From Octopus vulgaris (taxonomy: Eukaryota): a stretch of 64,000 nucleotides of DNA. The stretch lies in assembly GCA_951406725.2 (NCBI GenBank), contig OX597816.1:63922001-63986000 (forward strand), given 5' to 3'. Position 1 is the first letter of the stretch, and every line of letters starts with the position of its first letter. The notes beneath the pieces were generated by a model that made no database searches, had not been told where the DNA came from, and saw only the letters and a list, made by a program, of their open reading frames with translations. Below, piece by piece: positions 26,313-41,384 of the stretch. The position numbers were made by a program, and so were the translations under genes.

Positions 26313-27156
26313 ACTTACAGGGAGAAGTGGCAGTTACAGGAACTGTACACGGAAACGTAGAACGTTCCGTCACAGTAGGTTCTAATTCAATGTGCAGGTA
26401 ATGCATGTGAACGCACAGCTAAATGTTCAACGTCGCCTTCGGTGGAGATCCTTTATTTATACGCTCGCCCAAACTCGTATATATCGACAGTAAAATCTAT
26501 AATCAGCTTGGTGTGGTTTGGTTTAGGTAAATTTCATAACATTCAGGTAACGTGTATTTAAAATATATTTCTCTTTAAACGTTTATGTTCAAAACAAGTG
26601 ACACATAAACATTATATACATAGGTTTTACCATTATGAGAATAGTACAGATATAATCGTATAGCTAACTAAAATTGGCTGCAAAAACTATTGAATGTATA
26701 AAATTATGTTAAGAGAATGCAAATATAGAGTTTTCCAGAATCTGTTTTAATGATATTAAATAGTTCTGCGGTAGGTGTACCAAACTTCTAGATGTACAAA
26801 TATGGTTGCTTTTGTTTTTTTGCTGCTGCGATCAAATTTACAGATAAATCTCCTATCAGAAATTCTTATTGGTAATGCTCTTTACAGATCCATTATTACA
26901 TGTATACATAAATGATTACATGTATACATCTCACAGATTAGTGTATGCACATACGCAAACACACACAAATACAGTTAAGCACATACCGACATACATACGA
27001 ATCTAATTATATATATACATGCATAAACAGCTACTAACGTACACATATATGTTTGTCTGTATTATGTGGTGTTCAGTTGCAACTAAAAAAATTTTAGGAA
27101 CTCTCACTCCGACTTCAAGGTAAACTGTTCATTAAACGTCTGTATGATTATTATGA

Positions 27157-27287
27157 GAGCGAGTGAGCTGGAAAAATCCTTAGCGCCCGTCTTCACGTTC
27201 TGGGTTCTAATTCCGCCAAGGTCGATGTCATCGACTATATCTATCATACAAATTTCAGGCCTTCTGCCTATAGTAGGAAGGATTATA

Positions 27288-27317
<30 letters not shown>
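27157..27317 (+). mobile_element. Degenerate SINE family B with an (ATT)n tail that hosts the R4/Dong array
   Basis: GAGCTGG...GGGTTCTAATTCCGCC head; AAATTTCAGGCCTT..GGATTAT tail as in the copy at 32858-33072. Confidence 0.65.
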
Positions 27318-27320
<3 letters not shown>

Positions 27321-27845
27321 TAGTTTTATTTTTATAGCGTGCTTTCACTTCACTACCGAGCGCAGCTCTGTGTGCCTTAGGTATGTGCTGTGATTTGTTG
27401 TGATGCTCTGATGGTTATTGTATGGAAAGTGTTCTGCGTAGGATGTGTGCAGTGCCTAGTAGTGCAATTTTCTGTATGTTATATGTGTTTGTAAGTCCTG
27501 GTGTTTTTGTTATGTATTTGTCTGAATATTTTTTTATCATGCCTAATGCACCTACTATGATAGGAATTGTTTCTGTTTTCAGATTCCACATTCTAGTTAC
27601 CTCTATTTCCAGGTCTTTGTATTTTGAGAGTTTCTCCATTTCTTTTAGAGACACGTTGTCATCTGCCGGTATTGATACATCAATTAGAAAGCATTTTTTA
27701 TCTTCATGATCTCTGACAACTATATCTGGTCTGTTGGCCTTAATTTCTCTATCTGTGTGTATCGGCATATCCCAGAGTATGGTTGCTTTCTCGTTTTCTG
27801 TGACCTTTTCTGGTGTGTGCCTATACCATCTTTTTTCTGTTGTTA
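27318..27845 (-). mobile_element. 5'-truncated R4/Dong-type retrotransposon, copy 1 (RLE domain + 3' UTR)
   Basis: RPDIVV...LIDVSIP...KLSKYKDL (PD-(D/E)xK restriction-like endonuclease); flanked by (TTA)n. Confidence 0.9.
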
Positions 27846-27917
<72 letters not shown>

Positions 27918-27919
<2 letters not shown>

Positions 27920-28445
27920 CTAGTTTTATTTTTATAGCGTGCTTTCACTTCACTACCGAGCGCAGCTCTGTGTGCCTTGGGTATGTGCTGTGATTTGTTG
28001 TGATGCTCTGATGGTTATTGTATGGAAAGTGTTCTGCGTAGGATGTGTGCAGTGCCTAGTAGTGCAATTTTCTGTATGTTATATGTGTTTGTAAGTCCTG
28101 GTGTTTTTGTTATGTATTTGTCTGAATATTTTTTTATCATGCCTAATGCACCTACTATGATAGGAATTGTTTCTGTTTTCAGATTCCACATTCTAGTTAC
28201 CTCTATTTCCAGGTCTTTGTATTTTAAGAGTTTCTCCATTTCTTTTAGAGACACGTTGTCATCTGCCGGTATTGATACATCAATTAGAAAGCCTTTTTTT
28301 TCTTCATGATCTCTGACAACTATATCTGGTCTGTTGGCCTTAATTTCTCTATCTGTGTGTATCGGCATATCCCAGAGTATGGTTGCTTTCTCGTTTTCTG
28401 TGACCTTTTCTGGTGTGTGCCTATACCATCTTTTTTCTGTTGTTA
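27918..28445 (-). mobile_element. 5'-truncated R4/Dong-type retrotransposon, copy 2
   Basis: Near-identical to copy 1 at a 600-bp offset, with the same truncation point. Confidence 0.9.
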
Positions 28446-28520
<75 letters not shown>

Positions 28521-28522
<2 letters not shown>

Positions 28523-31500
28523 CTAGTTTTATTTTATAGCGTGCTTTCACTTCACTAACGAAGGCAGCTCTGTGTGCCCTTAGGTATGTGCTGTGATTTG
28601 TTGTGAAGCTGTGATGGTTATTGTATGGAAAGTGTTCTGCGTAGGATGTGTGCAGTGCCTAGTAGTGCAATTTTCTGTATGTTATATGTGTTTGTAAGTC
28701 CTGGTGTTTTTGTTATGTATTTGTCTGAATATTTTTTTTATCATACCTAATGCACCTACTATGATAGGAATTGTTTCTGTTTTTAGATTCCACATTCTGA
28801 TTACCTCTATTTCCAAGTCTTTGTATTTTGAGAGTTTCTCCATTTCTTTTATAGACACGTTGTCATCTGCCGGTATTGATACATCAATTAGAAAGCATTT
28901 TTTTCTTCATGATCTCTGACAACTATATCTGGTCTGTTGGCCTTAATTTCTCTATCTGTGTGTATCGGCATATCCCAGAGTATGGTTGCTTTCTCGTTCT
29001 CTGTGACCTTTTCTGGTGTGTGCCTATATCATCTTTTTTCTGTTGTTATTCCATAATGTTGGCATATCTTCCAGTGTATGTAGGTTCCAACTCTGTAATG
29101 TCTGTGAATATATTCCTTCTTAGCCAGGACTGGGCAGCCAGAGATAATATGATTTATTGTTTCTTGTCCATCTCCACATATTCTGCAGTTACTTGTTATA
29201 TTTCTTTTCATTACATGTTTTTGGTAATTTCTGGTGGGGAGGATTTGGTCTTGTGCTGCAATTAAAAATCCCTCTGTCTCTGCTTTGAGTCCTGAGCTTC
29301 TCAACCATTGCTGGGATTTTTCTTTGTCTATTTCTTTTGCATTTAGTTTAGTCCAGTATTTACTATGAAGGGGCTTTTCTTGCCATCGTTTTATCATGGT
29401 TCTTTGCTGTTCTAGTTTTAGTTTGGATTTCATTTGTTTTATAGCTTTTGTTGTTTCTTCACCTTCTTCTTCTTCTTCTTCATATTTGTTAGGTGGTATG
29501 ATTTCTTGTTTGTATTTGTCAGCTTCCTTAAATACTGAGTACAGTTTTTTGTTTTGCTCGTGTTTTGTCGCTATTTGTATCAGTTTTCCTTCCTTCTGAA
29601 GTAGATATTTTTGCAGTGCTATGGTGGTTATTTTATAGTAGTTTTCCAGCTGTATAAGGCCTCTACCACCTTCTATACGTTATATATATAGTCTTTCTAT
29701 GTCAGATTTTGGGTGATGCATCCTAGATCCTGTCAGTATTTTTCTTGTTTTCCTATCTATTTTGGTCAGTTCATTTAGTGTACAGTTAAGGATATTGTAG
29801 CTGTAACTTATAACTGGGACAGCTAAAGTGTTAATACCTATTATCTTGTTTTTAGCATTGAGCTCTGTTTTTAGTATTGATCTAACACGTCTATAATATT
29901 CTTTTTTTATTTTCTCTATCATTTGTGTGTGTTGTGTCTTATCTATTTCATGGATTCCTAACTATTTGTAAGTTTGGCTTTGGTCTAATTCTTTTATTTC
30001 ATTGGTTTTATCTAGTGTGATGTTGCTACTCTTAACTAGTTTTCCTCTTTTCATGGTTACTTTGGCGCATTTTTCTAATCCAAATTTCATATCTATTTCT
30101 TTGGTAAATCCATGAACTGTCTTTAATAGTGTTTCCAGCTGTTTGTCGTTTGCAGCGTATAGTTTTAGGTCATCCATATATAAAAGGTGACTGATCGTTT
30201 TACCGTAACATTTATACCCGCATCCAGTTCTATTTAGCATATCAGATAGAGGTGACAGTGCCAAGCAGAAAAGGAGTGGAGAGAGCGTGTCTCCCTGGAA
30301 TATTCCTCTTCTAATGGGGATGTCTCTGGTTTTCACGAGTCCCTCTTTTGTTTGGAGCTGTAGCACTGTTTGCCATTTATTCATAGTGTCCTATGAATTT
30401 TATGATTGTTGGTGCTACTTTGTTAATGGCTAGTGTTTCGAGGATCCATGTGTGGGGGATGCAATCAAACGCGTTTTTGTAGTCGATCCAGTCTATACTA
30501 AGGCTTTTTTTCTTTCTGTGGCTGTCTTCAGTTATGGCTTTATTGATCATTAGTTGATCTTTACAGCCATATGAGCCTTTGCGGCATCCTTTCTGCTCTT
30601 CTGGAAACAGTTTGTTATCGTCCAGGTGCTTGTTCAATCTTTGCGATATCACTGCAGTAAATGCCTTGTACATTGTAGGGAGACAGGTTATAGGTCTGTA
30701 GTTTTCTGGTTTTGCTGTCTAATTTGATTTGGGAATTAAGATGGTTTTCCCCTTCGTGTGCCATTCAGGCATTGTCTCTGGCTCTGCTAGTATATTGTTA
30801 AAGTTTTCAGCCAGCTTCTCGTGCATTCCTGTTAGATATTTCAACCAGAAGTTGGGGATCTTGTCATGCCCAGGTGCCTTCCAGTTGCTTAGTCTTTGCA
30901 CTGCCTGGGTGACCTCTTCAGTTGTTATGGGGGTCCAAAGTTGCTCAGATGCTGAGTTTGTTGTATTAATACTCCTTTTTTTTTTGGTTGTTCGTTCGCC
31001 GACCATATTTCTCTCCAGAATTCTTCCACTTCTTCTGCCGTTGGTGCTGCAGTTATTTCTATTTTATTTTTGCCAAGTTCTTGGTAGAACTTTTGGGGGT
31101 TGGAGTTGAACTTTTTGTTTTGTTCAAAGAAACGTTGGCGTTTCTCGTACCGGCGGATCCTTTGTGCCTTGGCAAGGATATCTTGCTTTAGCTTTTCTTT
31201 TATCTCAGGTAAATCTTTTTCTGTGATGTTGTATTTGCGGAGTATTTTTGTTTTCTTTTTGTTGCTCAGTAGCGTTGATTGTCTACTGATTTCATTAAGA
31301 ATCGACAGATCTTTTCTCATTTTTTGTATTTTGTTTTGGATGTTATTTATCCACAGGGTTTGTTAGGGTGGTGGTACTCCTGTTTGGATTGGTTTGAGTG
31401 AGTATCCAGCTTCTTTTGTGGCTGCAGTGGCTGCTGCGTATACTAAGTCATTTAGCTCAGTGATATCGCTTTTTGCTTCAGTGGCTATTAGTTCCGTGGC

Positions 31501-32617
31501 GACTAGGTTTATGCTGTTTGTAATTGGAGTTGTTGTTTTGTCTATTTTGATTTTTGGGAGGTATGGTCGGTGGTCCATTTTGAGCTCTGTGGTTTTCAGT
31601 TCTTTGATTATTCTACTTTTTATATTATCATAATCATTAGGCTCCCCTTCGTTGTTTCCAGGTTTTAGATTTGTGTCGCTTTCTTTCTCATTTGTATGTT
31701 TGTTTCTCGTGTTTTAGCTTGCTGTTTGTCGTGTATTATTATGCATCCTTACGGTCTGGGTTTGTTGTTTTTTCTTTACATCGTCTTTGTTGGAAATGTT
31801 ACGTTTGTCTTCGTGTTTTACTGTTTCAGTGTTTATATTATTGGGCATTGTTGTGTGGCTTCTATCTACATTTTCCTCATGTATTTTTTCTTTTAAATGT
31901 TCTATTTCTATTTCTGATATTTTTTTTTGCGTTGAGAATGTATCTTCGTACTTTAGCTAGTTTATTAGGGTTCATTGCTGTATCCAAGTCTATATTTATG
32001 TTATTTTCCTTCCATATTTTATATGTATGTGTTGTTGTGTTTTCAGTCTTTGGGTATAGCACTGCTGTAAAGTAAGCGTATAGGATAGAAACGTATTCCT
32101 CACGTGTCTATTTATGTCTTTTGGGTTTTATTTGCGGGACATGAGGAACAACGTCCGGCCCATTATTTTGACGGTCGTCATTTTCGTAGGGTACCGGTCC
32201 GTTCATTTCTGTTGTCACATTGTTTTGCACGTGTAGTTTTTCGTACATTTTATGTTGTAAGTTTAAAGTACGTACTTTCCGATTGTTATTCTTGGGTTGA
32301 ATAATATCGGTGCTATTTAATTTCTTCGTAGTTTTTTGGTACATGGTGTTTGGGGTCGGGGATGATCTGGTGTTGATGGATCGTAATGTTTCACGCATGT
32401 TTACATGTGTTGTGTTAGAGGTGGAGATGATATCGAGTTAAAATACATCATTTCGTTTCGAAAATAGTAATAAATTGCAATGAGTATTACTTACCCGGAT
32501 ATAGTCCAATCCTTTGTCAGTAAATTTTTGGCTCCATACGATGTCTTTGTTTTCGATGTTTGTGGATAAATTTCGGAACACTGTTTTATCGTTCTCACAT
32601 CTTAAACGTCCCCGGTC
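28521..32617 (-). mobile_element. Near full-length R4/Dong-type non-LTR retrotransposon in (TAA)n
   Basis: RT, CCHC and RLE fragments in order; both ends abut (TTA)n. Confidence 0.88.
28618..32398 (-). pseudogene. R4/Dong polyprotein (RT-CCHC-RLE) with many frameshifts and stops
   Basis: NWKAPGHDKIPNFWLK, EEQKGCR, WIDYKNAFD, RGIFQGDTLSPLLF, HLLYMDDLKLYA, CRICGDGQETINHIISGC. Confidence 0.88.
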
Positions 32618-32855
<238 letters not shown>

Positions 32856-32857
32856 AA

Positions 32858-33072
32858 AGGTGGCGAGCTAGCAGAATCTTTAACGTGTTGGAGGAACTGC
32901 TTAGCGGTATTTCGCCCATCGCTACGTTCTGATTTCAAATTGCACCGGGGTCGATTTTACATTGCACCCTTTCGGGATCGATAGATCAAGTACAAGTGAA
33001 ACACAGGGATCGCTGTAATACCCTGCCCTAAAATTTCAGGCCTTGTGACTTTAGGAGAAAGGATTGTTATTA
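32858..33072 (+). mobile_element. SINE family B, degenerate
   Basis: GGTGGCGAGCTAGCAGAA head and ATT-type tail. Confidence 0.7.
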
Positions 33073-33109
33073 TTCACAATATTTTACTTTACTTTTGGTA
33101 TTCCAGCTA

Positions 33110-33232
33110 GTCATCTGGTTCCGGGTGCAGTCCCATTGGGTGGTACATTGGGCAAGTGTCTTCTCCTATAGCCTCGAGCCGACCAAAGCCTTGTGGGTGG
33201 ATTTGCTAGATGGAAACTGAAAGAAGCCTAGC

Positions 33233-33309
<77 letters not shown>

Positions 33310-33680
33310 CAAATAAATATATATGTATGTATGTATGTGTTTGTGTGTCTGTGTTTGTCCACCACAATCGCTTGACAACCAATGATGGAATATATACTCT
33401 CTTTACTCTTTTATTTGTTTCGGTCATTTGAATGCGGCCATGCTGAAGCACCGCCTTTAGTCGAGCCAAGCGACCCCAGGACTTATTCTTTGTAAACCTA
33501 GTACTTATTCTATCGGTTTCTTTTGCCGAAGCGCTAAGTTACGGGGACGTAAACACACCAGCATCGGTTGTCAAGTGATGTTGGGGGGAGAGGCATAGAC
33601 ACACAAACACACTCACATATATATACGTATGCATATATACGACAGGCTTCTTTCTGTTTCCGTCTACCAAATCCACTCAC
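33110..33680. mobile_element. Two SINE family A fragments in opposite orientation (33110-33390 on +, 33400-33680 on -)
   Basis: Both match parts of 41385-41805. Confidence 0.75.
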
Positions 33681-33974
33681 AATGCTTTGTATAATATATA
33701 TTCATATATATATGTATATTATATATAATTTTCGCGCGCGCCTGTATTTGTGCTTGTATATTATCTATCTAGCAAGCGTGGCCTCATATCAGTGAGGGGG
33801 ACCGGTGCGCATTGATGCCGTCGAGCGGTAGGCCCCGAAACGGCGAGCATTCTCTCCTGATGACCTCATACACTTGCTGGCTTCCGGTATACGGACTTTT
33901 GACTGGTAGCACTTGCATGTGCAAGTTGTTTGCAAGACATCACATATATATATATTCACAAACATATATTTATG

Positions 33975-34019
<45 letters not shown>

Positions 34020-34446
34020 CACAGACATGTATATATCTATATATAAAGAGATATACACATATATTTGCATATATATGTGTGTGCGTATGTGTGTATATGC
34101 TTGTATGCATACATGCATGTGTGTATATGCATAATCCCCAGTATTTTGCAAAATTTTACTCATGTTTGATATTGTCACGCATCATTCCAACTGATGTCGT
34201 GACTTTGCAATGTTCAACATTATAGGTATATTTTTTTTCATTCTGTTACTTTCACTTCTCGCCCTCCCCTCCCCCCTCTCTCTCTCTCTTTCAGTTCCTG
34301 CATTTGTGCAAACATATTAGTGATAATGTCCACATAATACAACATAATAAATGTTATTTAAATGGGTAAAGTTCGGTGGACTCAATCTAAGCGCACTATC
34401 AAAGAAATAGAAAAAAAGTGCCATCAGTATTTCATCAATCGCAGCG

Positions 34447-34638
34447 TAACAGGAAGAAAGAGTGAGAGAAAGTTGAGGCGAAAGAGTACAACAGGGATCG
34501 CCACCACCCGCTGCCGGAGCCTCGTGGAGCATTAGGTGTTTTCGCTCAATAAACACACACAACGCTCAGTCGGGGAATCGAAACAGCGATCCTCCGACCG
34601 CGAGTCCGCTGCCCTAACCGCTGGGCCATTGCGCGTCC
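34447..34638 (-). mobile_element. SINE family C, head and central domain
   Basis: Matches 61190-61373. Confidence 0.75.
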
Positions 34639-34767
34639 GCTTATTTGTATATAAAATACTGCAATTAACCGTTATAGCATTTAATGTGTGTTCTTGAATT
34701 TAAAGCGTCACTTCATGAAGAGTTTGATAGTATTGGTGATTTTTGTATATGCCAATTAAAACAAATA

Positions 34768-35155
34768 GGCGCGTGCGTGGTTGTTTGGTAAGAAGTTCGC
34801 TTCGCATTCACGTAGTTCGATGTCAGTCTCACTGCGTGGCATCATGGGTAAGCCTCCTCTACTATAACCCCGGGCCGACTAAAGTGAGTGGATTTCATTG
34901 ACAGAAAGTGAAAAAAGTCCGTCGTATATATACAAGTATATATATCTACGTGTGTATATATTTGTGTCTGTATGTTTCCTGCCATCACCATTTGACAACC
35001 GATTTGTTTCTGTTTCCGTAACATAGTGGTTCGACAAAAGACAACGATACCTGGCTTAAAAATAAAGTACGGAGGTCAATTCATTCGACTAAAAATTGAA
35101 GGCAGTGCCCAAGCATGGCCGCAGTCTAATGACAGAAACGCGTAAAAGAAAAGAG
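34768..35155 (+). mobile_element. SINE family A, diverged
   Basis: Collinear with 41385-41805. Confidence 0.7.
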
Positions 35156-36555
35156 AAATAGCACATGCATGTAATGGCATGTTCTTTATTTCAGTTGTAG
35201 CAAATATTTCATAGAAAACCAAGTTACCAATATGTTAGTTATATATTTAGAAATTTTCAGTGAAAATAGTTTAGTTAAATATGTACACAATTTACACAAC
35301 TGGAATGTTATGCTGATAAAGAAATGCAAGCCAACAAAAATTATTTTGTGAAATAGATGTCAGTAGGTCAAATGTTTGTTTTTGAAATTCTATTAAGAAT
35401 GAAAGGTAATAAAAAGAACCAGTGCAATTTGAAATCAGAACGCAAAGGAATGCAACATATTTTATTTAGCTCTCAAGGGAATCTGCCTATCGCTCTTCAT
35501 ATAATATATGATTACTTCGTATCTAATCAAAATAATTTATGAAATCACTCACCGAAATTAATGCAACTTTGATTAAAAGTCATTAATTTGGATTATGCCA
35601 TTAAGATTAAACATAATTAAAAACGTTAAATCCAGAGCAAAAATGAGAAAAGGAAACTTCTAAAAATTTAAAGCTCTACAATCTAATTCGGAACATCAAA
35701 GAGAAAACGTCTGCGTTGTAAAATAGAAGCTACTATAAATTGGTCTCAGGAAAGCATTTGTTTTGACAGCTTTGCAGAAGGATTTAAAGAAAATAAAACG
35801 AGAAAAATTATGATGTGAGAGAAAAGAAAGTGAAATTGAACAGATATCACGCTACACGGCGAAGAGAAAATTAAAAACAAGATTAACCTAGAAAAGCAGA
35901 AATAACGAAATAGAAAAGTACGACCAAAACAAAAATTGACGCAAAGAAGATGTGAGAACTCATAGAAAAAGATCAAAGCTCCTGATTCGAAAGAAAAATA
36001 AAACAAGCAGAAATATATGAGATTCAAGACGTCTGGAAGAAAAGAAACACGTGCAGATCAAATGAGTTCTTGCTGGCAGAAATTAACACTATTATTCTGT
36101 ATAAGGAACAAATACTCGAAGCATGTGTAGATTATATTACTGACATTTGTGAGATCACTGATACAAGAATTCAATAATAAGACAAAAAATGGATTTAAAG
36201 AAATCAAATGTTCGAACAGATGTTATGTATGAAAAGGAATGCAAATATCGTGTTGCTTTAATGGAGTCAACGTCACGTGTTATAATGGGATTGAACGACT
36301 AAAAGAATACGACTAAAGTAGGGGATAGCTAATGAAAGCTATATAGGATCATTTAGAAACTAGAAACTGCAGCCAAATCTCCCTTAGATTACTACTAAAC
36401 GACATTAGAAAACAAAAGAAAAATGAAGGCATTTAATTCTGCTTACACAGCGCAATTAGAACATGAGATAAAACTCACGGCTTCAAAATAAGTTTAAAAT
36501 AGGTGTCATGAAAGACTTTTGAATTGGGACCAACAATAATAGCAGCAACAACAGT

Positions 36556-36742
36556 GGAGGCGCAATGGCCCAGTGGTTAGGGCAGCGGACTCGCGCTCGT
36601 AAGAACGCGGTTTCGATTCCCAGACCGGGCATTGTGAGTGTTTATTGGGCAAAAAATACCTAAGCTTCATGAGGCTCCGGCGAGGGGTGGTGGTGAACCC
36701 CGCTGTACTCTTTCACCACAACTTTCTCGCACTCTTTCTTCC
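36556..36742 (+). mobile_element. SINE family C, head and central domain
   Basis: GGAGGCGCAATGGCCCAGTGGTTAGGGCAGCGGACTCGCG...GGTTTCGATTCCC. Confidence 0.8.
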
Positions 36743-37239
36743 TACTTCAGCCACAAAACAGAGGAACCATGGTGTAACCCACTATGGTGTGGTAAACTTT
36801 CAGACTCTAGTCTAGATTGCGAATCCTCTGTACCCCATGATGGTTCAGCTCTCCACCCGTTAAAAGCCACTGTTTACAGAATGAGGATAACAACGTAGCT
36901 TTCGCGCCCGTGCAACCGCCAGTCTATCACGTGTGTTTTGGGTGGATCTTCAAGTTGCCACACGCATTCTTAGTAGCTTAGAGTAGGCTTGAATTAGAGA
37001 TTATTCTTTGTAGCTAATGGCGTGAGTCCTGACTGAAAGAAGAAGAACAACAACAAGAGATATGCGCAAAGCTTATTAGCTGTGTGACCTGGTCACCGTT
37101 TGGGTGATTGAATTTTAAAAGAACAATCTTATACAAGTACTCAGAATCCTAGGAATAGGAGTAACATCTCTTAAAAATCACTCCTTAACATTTTAAAAAG
37201 AATCGCACTTTGGATCATATTACAACGTTCCATACAGAA

Positions 37240-37435
37240 GGCGGAAGCTGGCAGAATCGTTAGCACGCCGGGCAAAATGCGTAGCGGCATTTTGTCCGTC
37301 TTTACGCACGGGCTCGACTTTTCCTTTCATCCTTTCGGGGTCGATAAAATAAGCACCAGCTGACTACTGGTGTCGATGTAATCGTCTTAGCCTCTTTACG
37401 GAAATTGCTGCCCCCGTGGCAAAATTTGAAACCAT
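37240..37435 (+). mobile_element. SINE family B
   Basis: GCTGGCAGAATCGTTAGCACGCCGGGC...TTTCATCCTTTCGGGGTCGATAAA. Confidence 0.75.
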
Positions 37436-37690
37436 TACAACGTTCTATATAGTTTGAATATGATAAAAGATGCTCCGTTATAGTTGGAAAATCTTTCAGC
37501 ATAATAGATTTGCACAGTCAAGGTTAACACACACACACACACACACACATAAACACGTGTATAAGATTACGTTCGTGTGTTTGTATATATTTATAAATAA
37601 CTCTGACCACCCGACCTTCTGTCTGTCTATCTATCTATCTATCTATCTGCTTATCTCTTTCTCCCCATATATGTATACACACACACTCAC

Positions 37691-37726
<36 letters not shown>

Positions 37727-38467
37727 GTACATATATATGTGTGTATATATATATATATATACACATATATACATATATATATGTGTGTATATATATATAC
37801 ACACATATATACATATATATATGTGTATATATATATACACATATATACATATATATAATATTATATTATAAATATGTACGTGTGTGTGTGTAGGTATATA
37901 CATACATAAATACAACTTATTATTCTGGTACTTCTTTTAGTTATTGAGCTGCTGCCTTGATTGAGGACTCCTTTGAAGGAATTAGTCATTCAAATCGACT
38001 GCAGTTCTACTTGTTTACCGTCTGGTCCCTAGTGTATCGCTCAGGATTTGTCGTACCGCTATGTAATGCGGTCTTGTGCAAGGATGCAACACGTCGCCGG
38101 AATTCGAACCCACGACCTTACGATCGTGATTGAATACCCCTAATACCCAAACCACGCGCTCTCATCTTCGAATTGATAAATATGAATAGAGAAGAGTTTG
38201 AAATCCATATCTATTTTTATATAGAAAAAAAACACAGCCCAAATATGAATTGCAATAACGATGTCGCAATAGTAATAAACAAAAGAACAAGCGTTATGCT
38301 GGCTCTTATAAATTTACCGAAAACAGATACAAACGTAAGTATTAGTAGGATAAGTGAAATGATGTATGCAGCAGCGACAGTAGTTAGAAGGCAGAACGTG
38401 GCCTTTCTCAGAAGGACAGACAGGAAAACTTAAACCAAGGGAAACAATTGTGGATTGCAAACAGAAT

Positions 38468-38505
<38 letters not shown>

Positions 38506-41384
38506 GAAATATTCTCAAGTTTGAATGAAATCAATAGTGTATAAAGGCAAATAGAAATAAAGACGAATACTGCACAATTATAACAGAACAAAATCAGAAG
38601 TCTTCGAAATAAAACAAAAACAGAAACGAAGCGTCTACAATTATGGATCCTTGAAAAATCGGAAAGAACTCATTTTTTTTTACGAAATGCGACGAAGATT
38701 ACTTGTTACAAAAGAAATTGTTCGACCACAATCCGAAATGCTAGATTAAAAAAAAATTTTAAATCAATATATAGCCAATGGCAAGAAAACTAGATGAAGT
38801 ATAAGGAGGTGCGTAAATATAAAGAGAAAGAATGGAACGCGACGGATATGAATGTGCAGCATGTGAACAATGGACTGAAGAAATATTTTCTGCGTGAAGC
38901 CTGAGCGAAGGAAACAATAAGAATGCATCAGGATGTGATGCAGTTTGAATATTCTGGGTAAAGTAGGTATACACAAAGTGACTGGAAAATATTTGAAGAA
39001 TTTGAAAAGAGAAGCAGAAAGAAAAGTATCTGAAAGAACGTTGAGGGGAAATTCACTTTGATTTTCTAGAGTGAAAAACAAAAATTAACAATTCCCTGAA
39101 ACGAAGGATTCATATCCTTTGTGTCCGTTGCAGTTTACAAAGCTTGATTGCTCTAATAGATCAGAAGATAAATTATAACACGGGAAAGAGAACTGACTTC
39201 AACAGATCAAAAGATTCTAGAGCAATAGTTTTAAGTTCAATTAGTGATCAAAAAATGCCATATCCCATATGTTAGTAACAGAAAGTATGTTCTGAGCATT
39301 GAATGATTTGTCTCTCAGAAAACTTAATCCTTGGCTATGGATTCTAGGAAATTTTAGCAAGTTCGTGCTACTGATAATTTACAATACATTATATGTGCAA
39401 TAAGAGCACAGCAAACAATCTGCAAATACTATTTAAAGAGCAAGTTGTCCAAATTAACGAAACCAGTAAATATTTGAAAAACAATATTCTAAAGATACTC
39501 TATACCACGATGTTATTTCAACTAACACACTGATAATAAATCAGACTAAACAGGAATAAAAATGCTACGGAAAGACACAATTGTCCTTTGGATGTAGTGG
39601 ATCTCAGCTTGGACGTTGTAGATAATCATTTCTAAATGTGGTTTAAATTAATATACAGATTCTTAGAAGAAATTATATATAATTTGGCATTCATCTTGGC
39701 AAACTTGGAGAAGGATAAGAATAATTAAATGCGCACATTAGCATTTAGAAAACACAAGGAACGGAATTAGACCATAGACAGGCTTAGAAAGTTTACGGAG
39801 TTACAGAAAAACACGAGTACAGCACAGCTTCAGTCTAGGTCTACGATCTGAGGAAACGCCTTTGTCCTAATGAAGTGATCCTAATTAGACACAAGAACTG
39901 TGGTTCCTTCCTCCATTTCTTCATTCCTTGAAGCTCTGTAGAAAGGTCTTCTTCTGAATAATCTAGAAAACAAAATATGACAGTTAAAGATTGTACATAC
40001 CAAGATGTGAAAGAAGAAATTTAAGCATTTATCAATGCAGTCCACTGAGATCGCCCAACATTACTTAAATAAATTGATTATCGTTGCAGTAGTAATAATG
40101 ATTCACCTGCGAATACTAATACTTATATATAAAGTCAATATCATCTACAAAGTTGTAATCGCCCACAGCCATAACGTTTGCAAATCGAATGTCCAAGATA
40201 TCCAGAAAGTTTGACTCGTTTAAACGAAATGATTTAGAACGAATTAGCAACAGATGTACCATTCACAATACAGTTGTATGATGTCATCGCTAGGAATATT
40301 AAGACGAACATTTATCATTCCCATGAAATATGTCGTCAACGTTGAAACCCTTCCTGAAGATAATAATTTCTGATTTAGGCTGAAGGACTGATATGTTTAG
40401 AGGACTGTTATCTGGAAACACTACAACTTGAATGGTACTTTGTTTTATCGAATAAGTTGAGTTGAATTGGTTATGAACTTAAAATGTAAAGATCCGGAGA
40501 AAATAGCAGAAGGCATTACGATTCTACCAGTTCGGCGACTTTACAGATTGTCCAATGTTACAGGTGAGCCCTACAGATTCTCCAGATATTTGCTTGGGGG
40601 CTAGCACTCCCACCAAATCTCTTAAGAAACATTAATCTCAGGAATCTACTCTAAATTTGTTTGATCACATCGCCTCAACCCATTTTGTAATACGCATGCG
40701 CATACCCATGACAATGTAAACGTCCAATAGGATTTTAGATAAAACAATCGGAGAAACAAGGAGCTTGATACTAACTTGCTAACAATTGATCTAGCATTGC
40801 TGGATAACGATAAAATTATATACGGCAGCGCGATGTACTGATAAGTAATTACACAGCTCTTCTTAGTCATTGAAGACTGCAGGGGCTTTATACGTCGCTA
40901 ACTCTGCAGAGTTTTCAGGCGATAAAATTTGCAGAAATGGCAAAATTTGAGAAAAATTTGTCCTATAAGTGAAGCTGCAACAAAAACCACTGTATGGCTT
41001 TGGTGTATGATGAATGAATCATGGAGAGTTGCTTGCAAAATATAAGTTGAGTGTGATCAATCACAACTGAGATGCTTGAGTCGCCTGGGTAGCCTGGGTC
41101 CCACTGAGTCACCTAAATCGTTTGGGTCACCTGGATCGCATGGGTCATATCGGTTGCTTAGATGAGGGTTTCCGATGTTGCTAGACCCTACTGATAAATC
41201 CCAGCTCATCCAAGAGATGTATATCAAACAAAACATTTTAATTGTTTAATTTTCCCTCAATCAAACAGTAATTATGTATACCTATTCCTGTGAAATTTAC
41301 AAATCTACCAATAACAATAGACATATGTACGTTTCATAAAATATAACTAGGGATTATAAACGTAATGTGTTTCTTCTCAGGATA

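Noticed and set aside
35600-40100. A-rich unique-looking stretches suggestive of ancient LINE coding relics
   Set aside because: No diagnostic motif recognisable by eye
41075-41160. 9-bp periodic repeat (GGGTCACCT-like) that could encode Gly-X-Y
   Set aside because: Short and frameshifted, with no splice support; probably a decayed minisatellite
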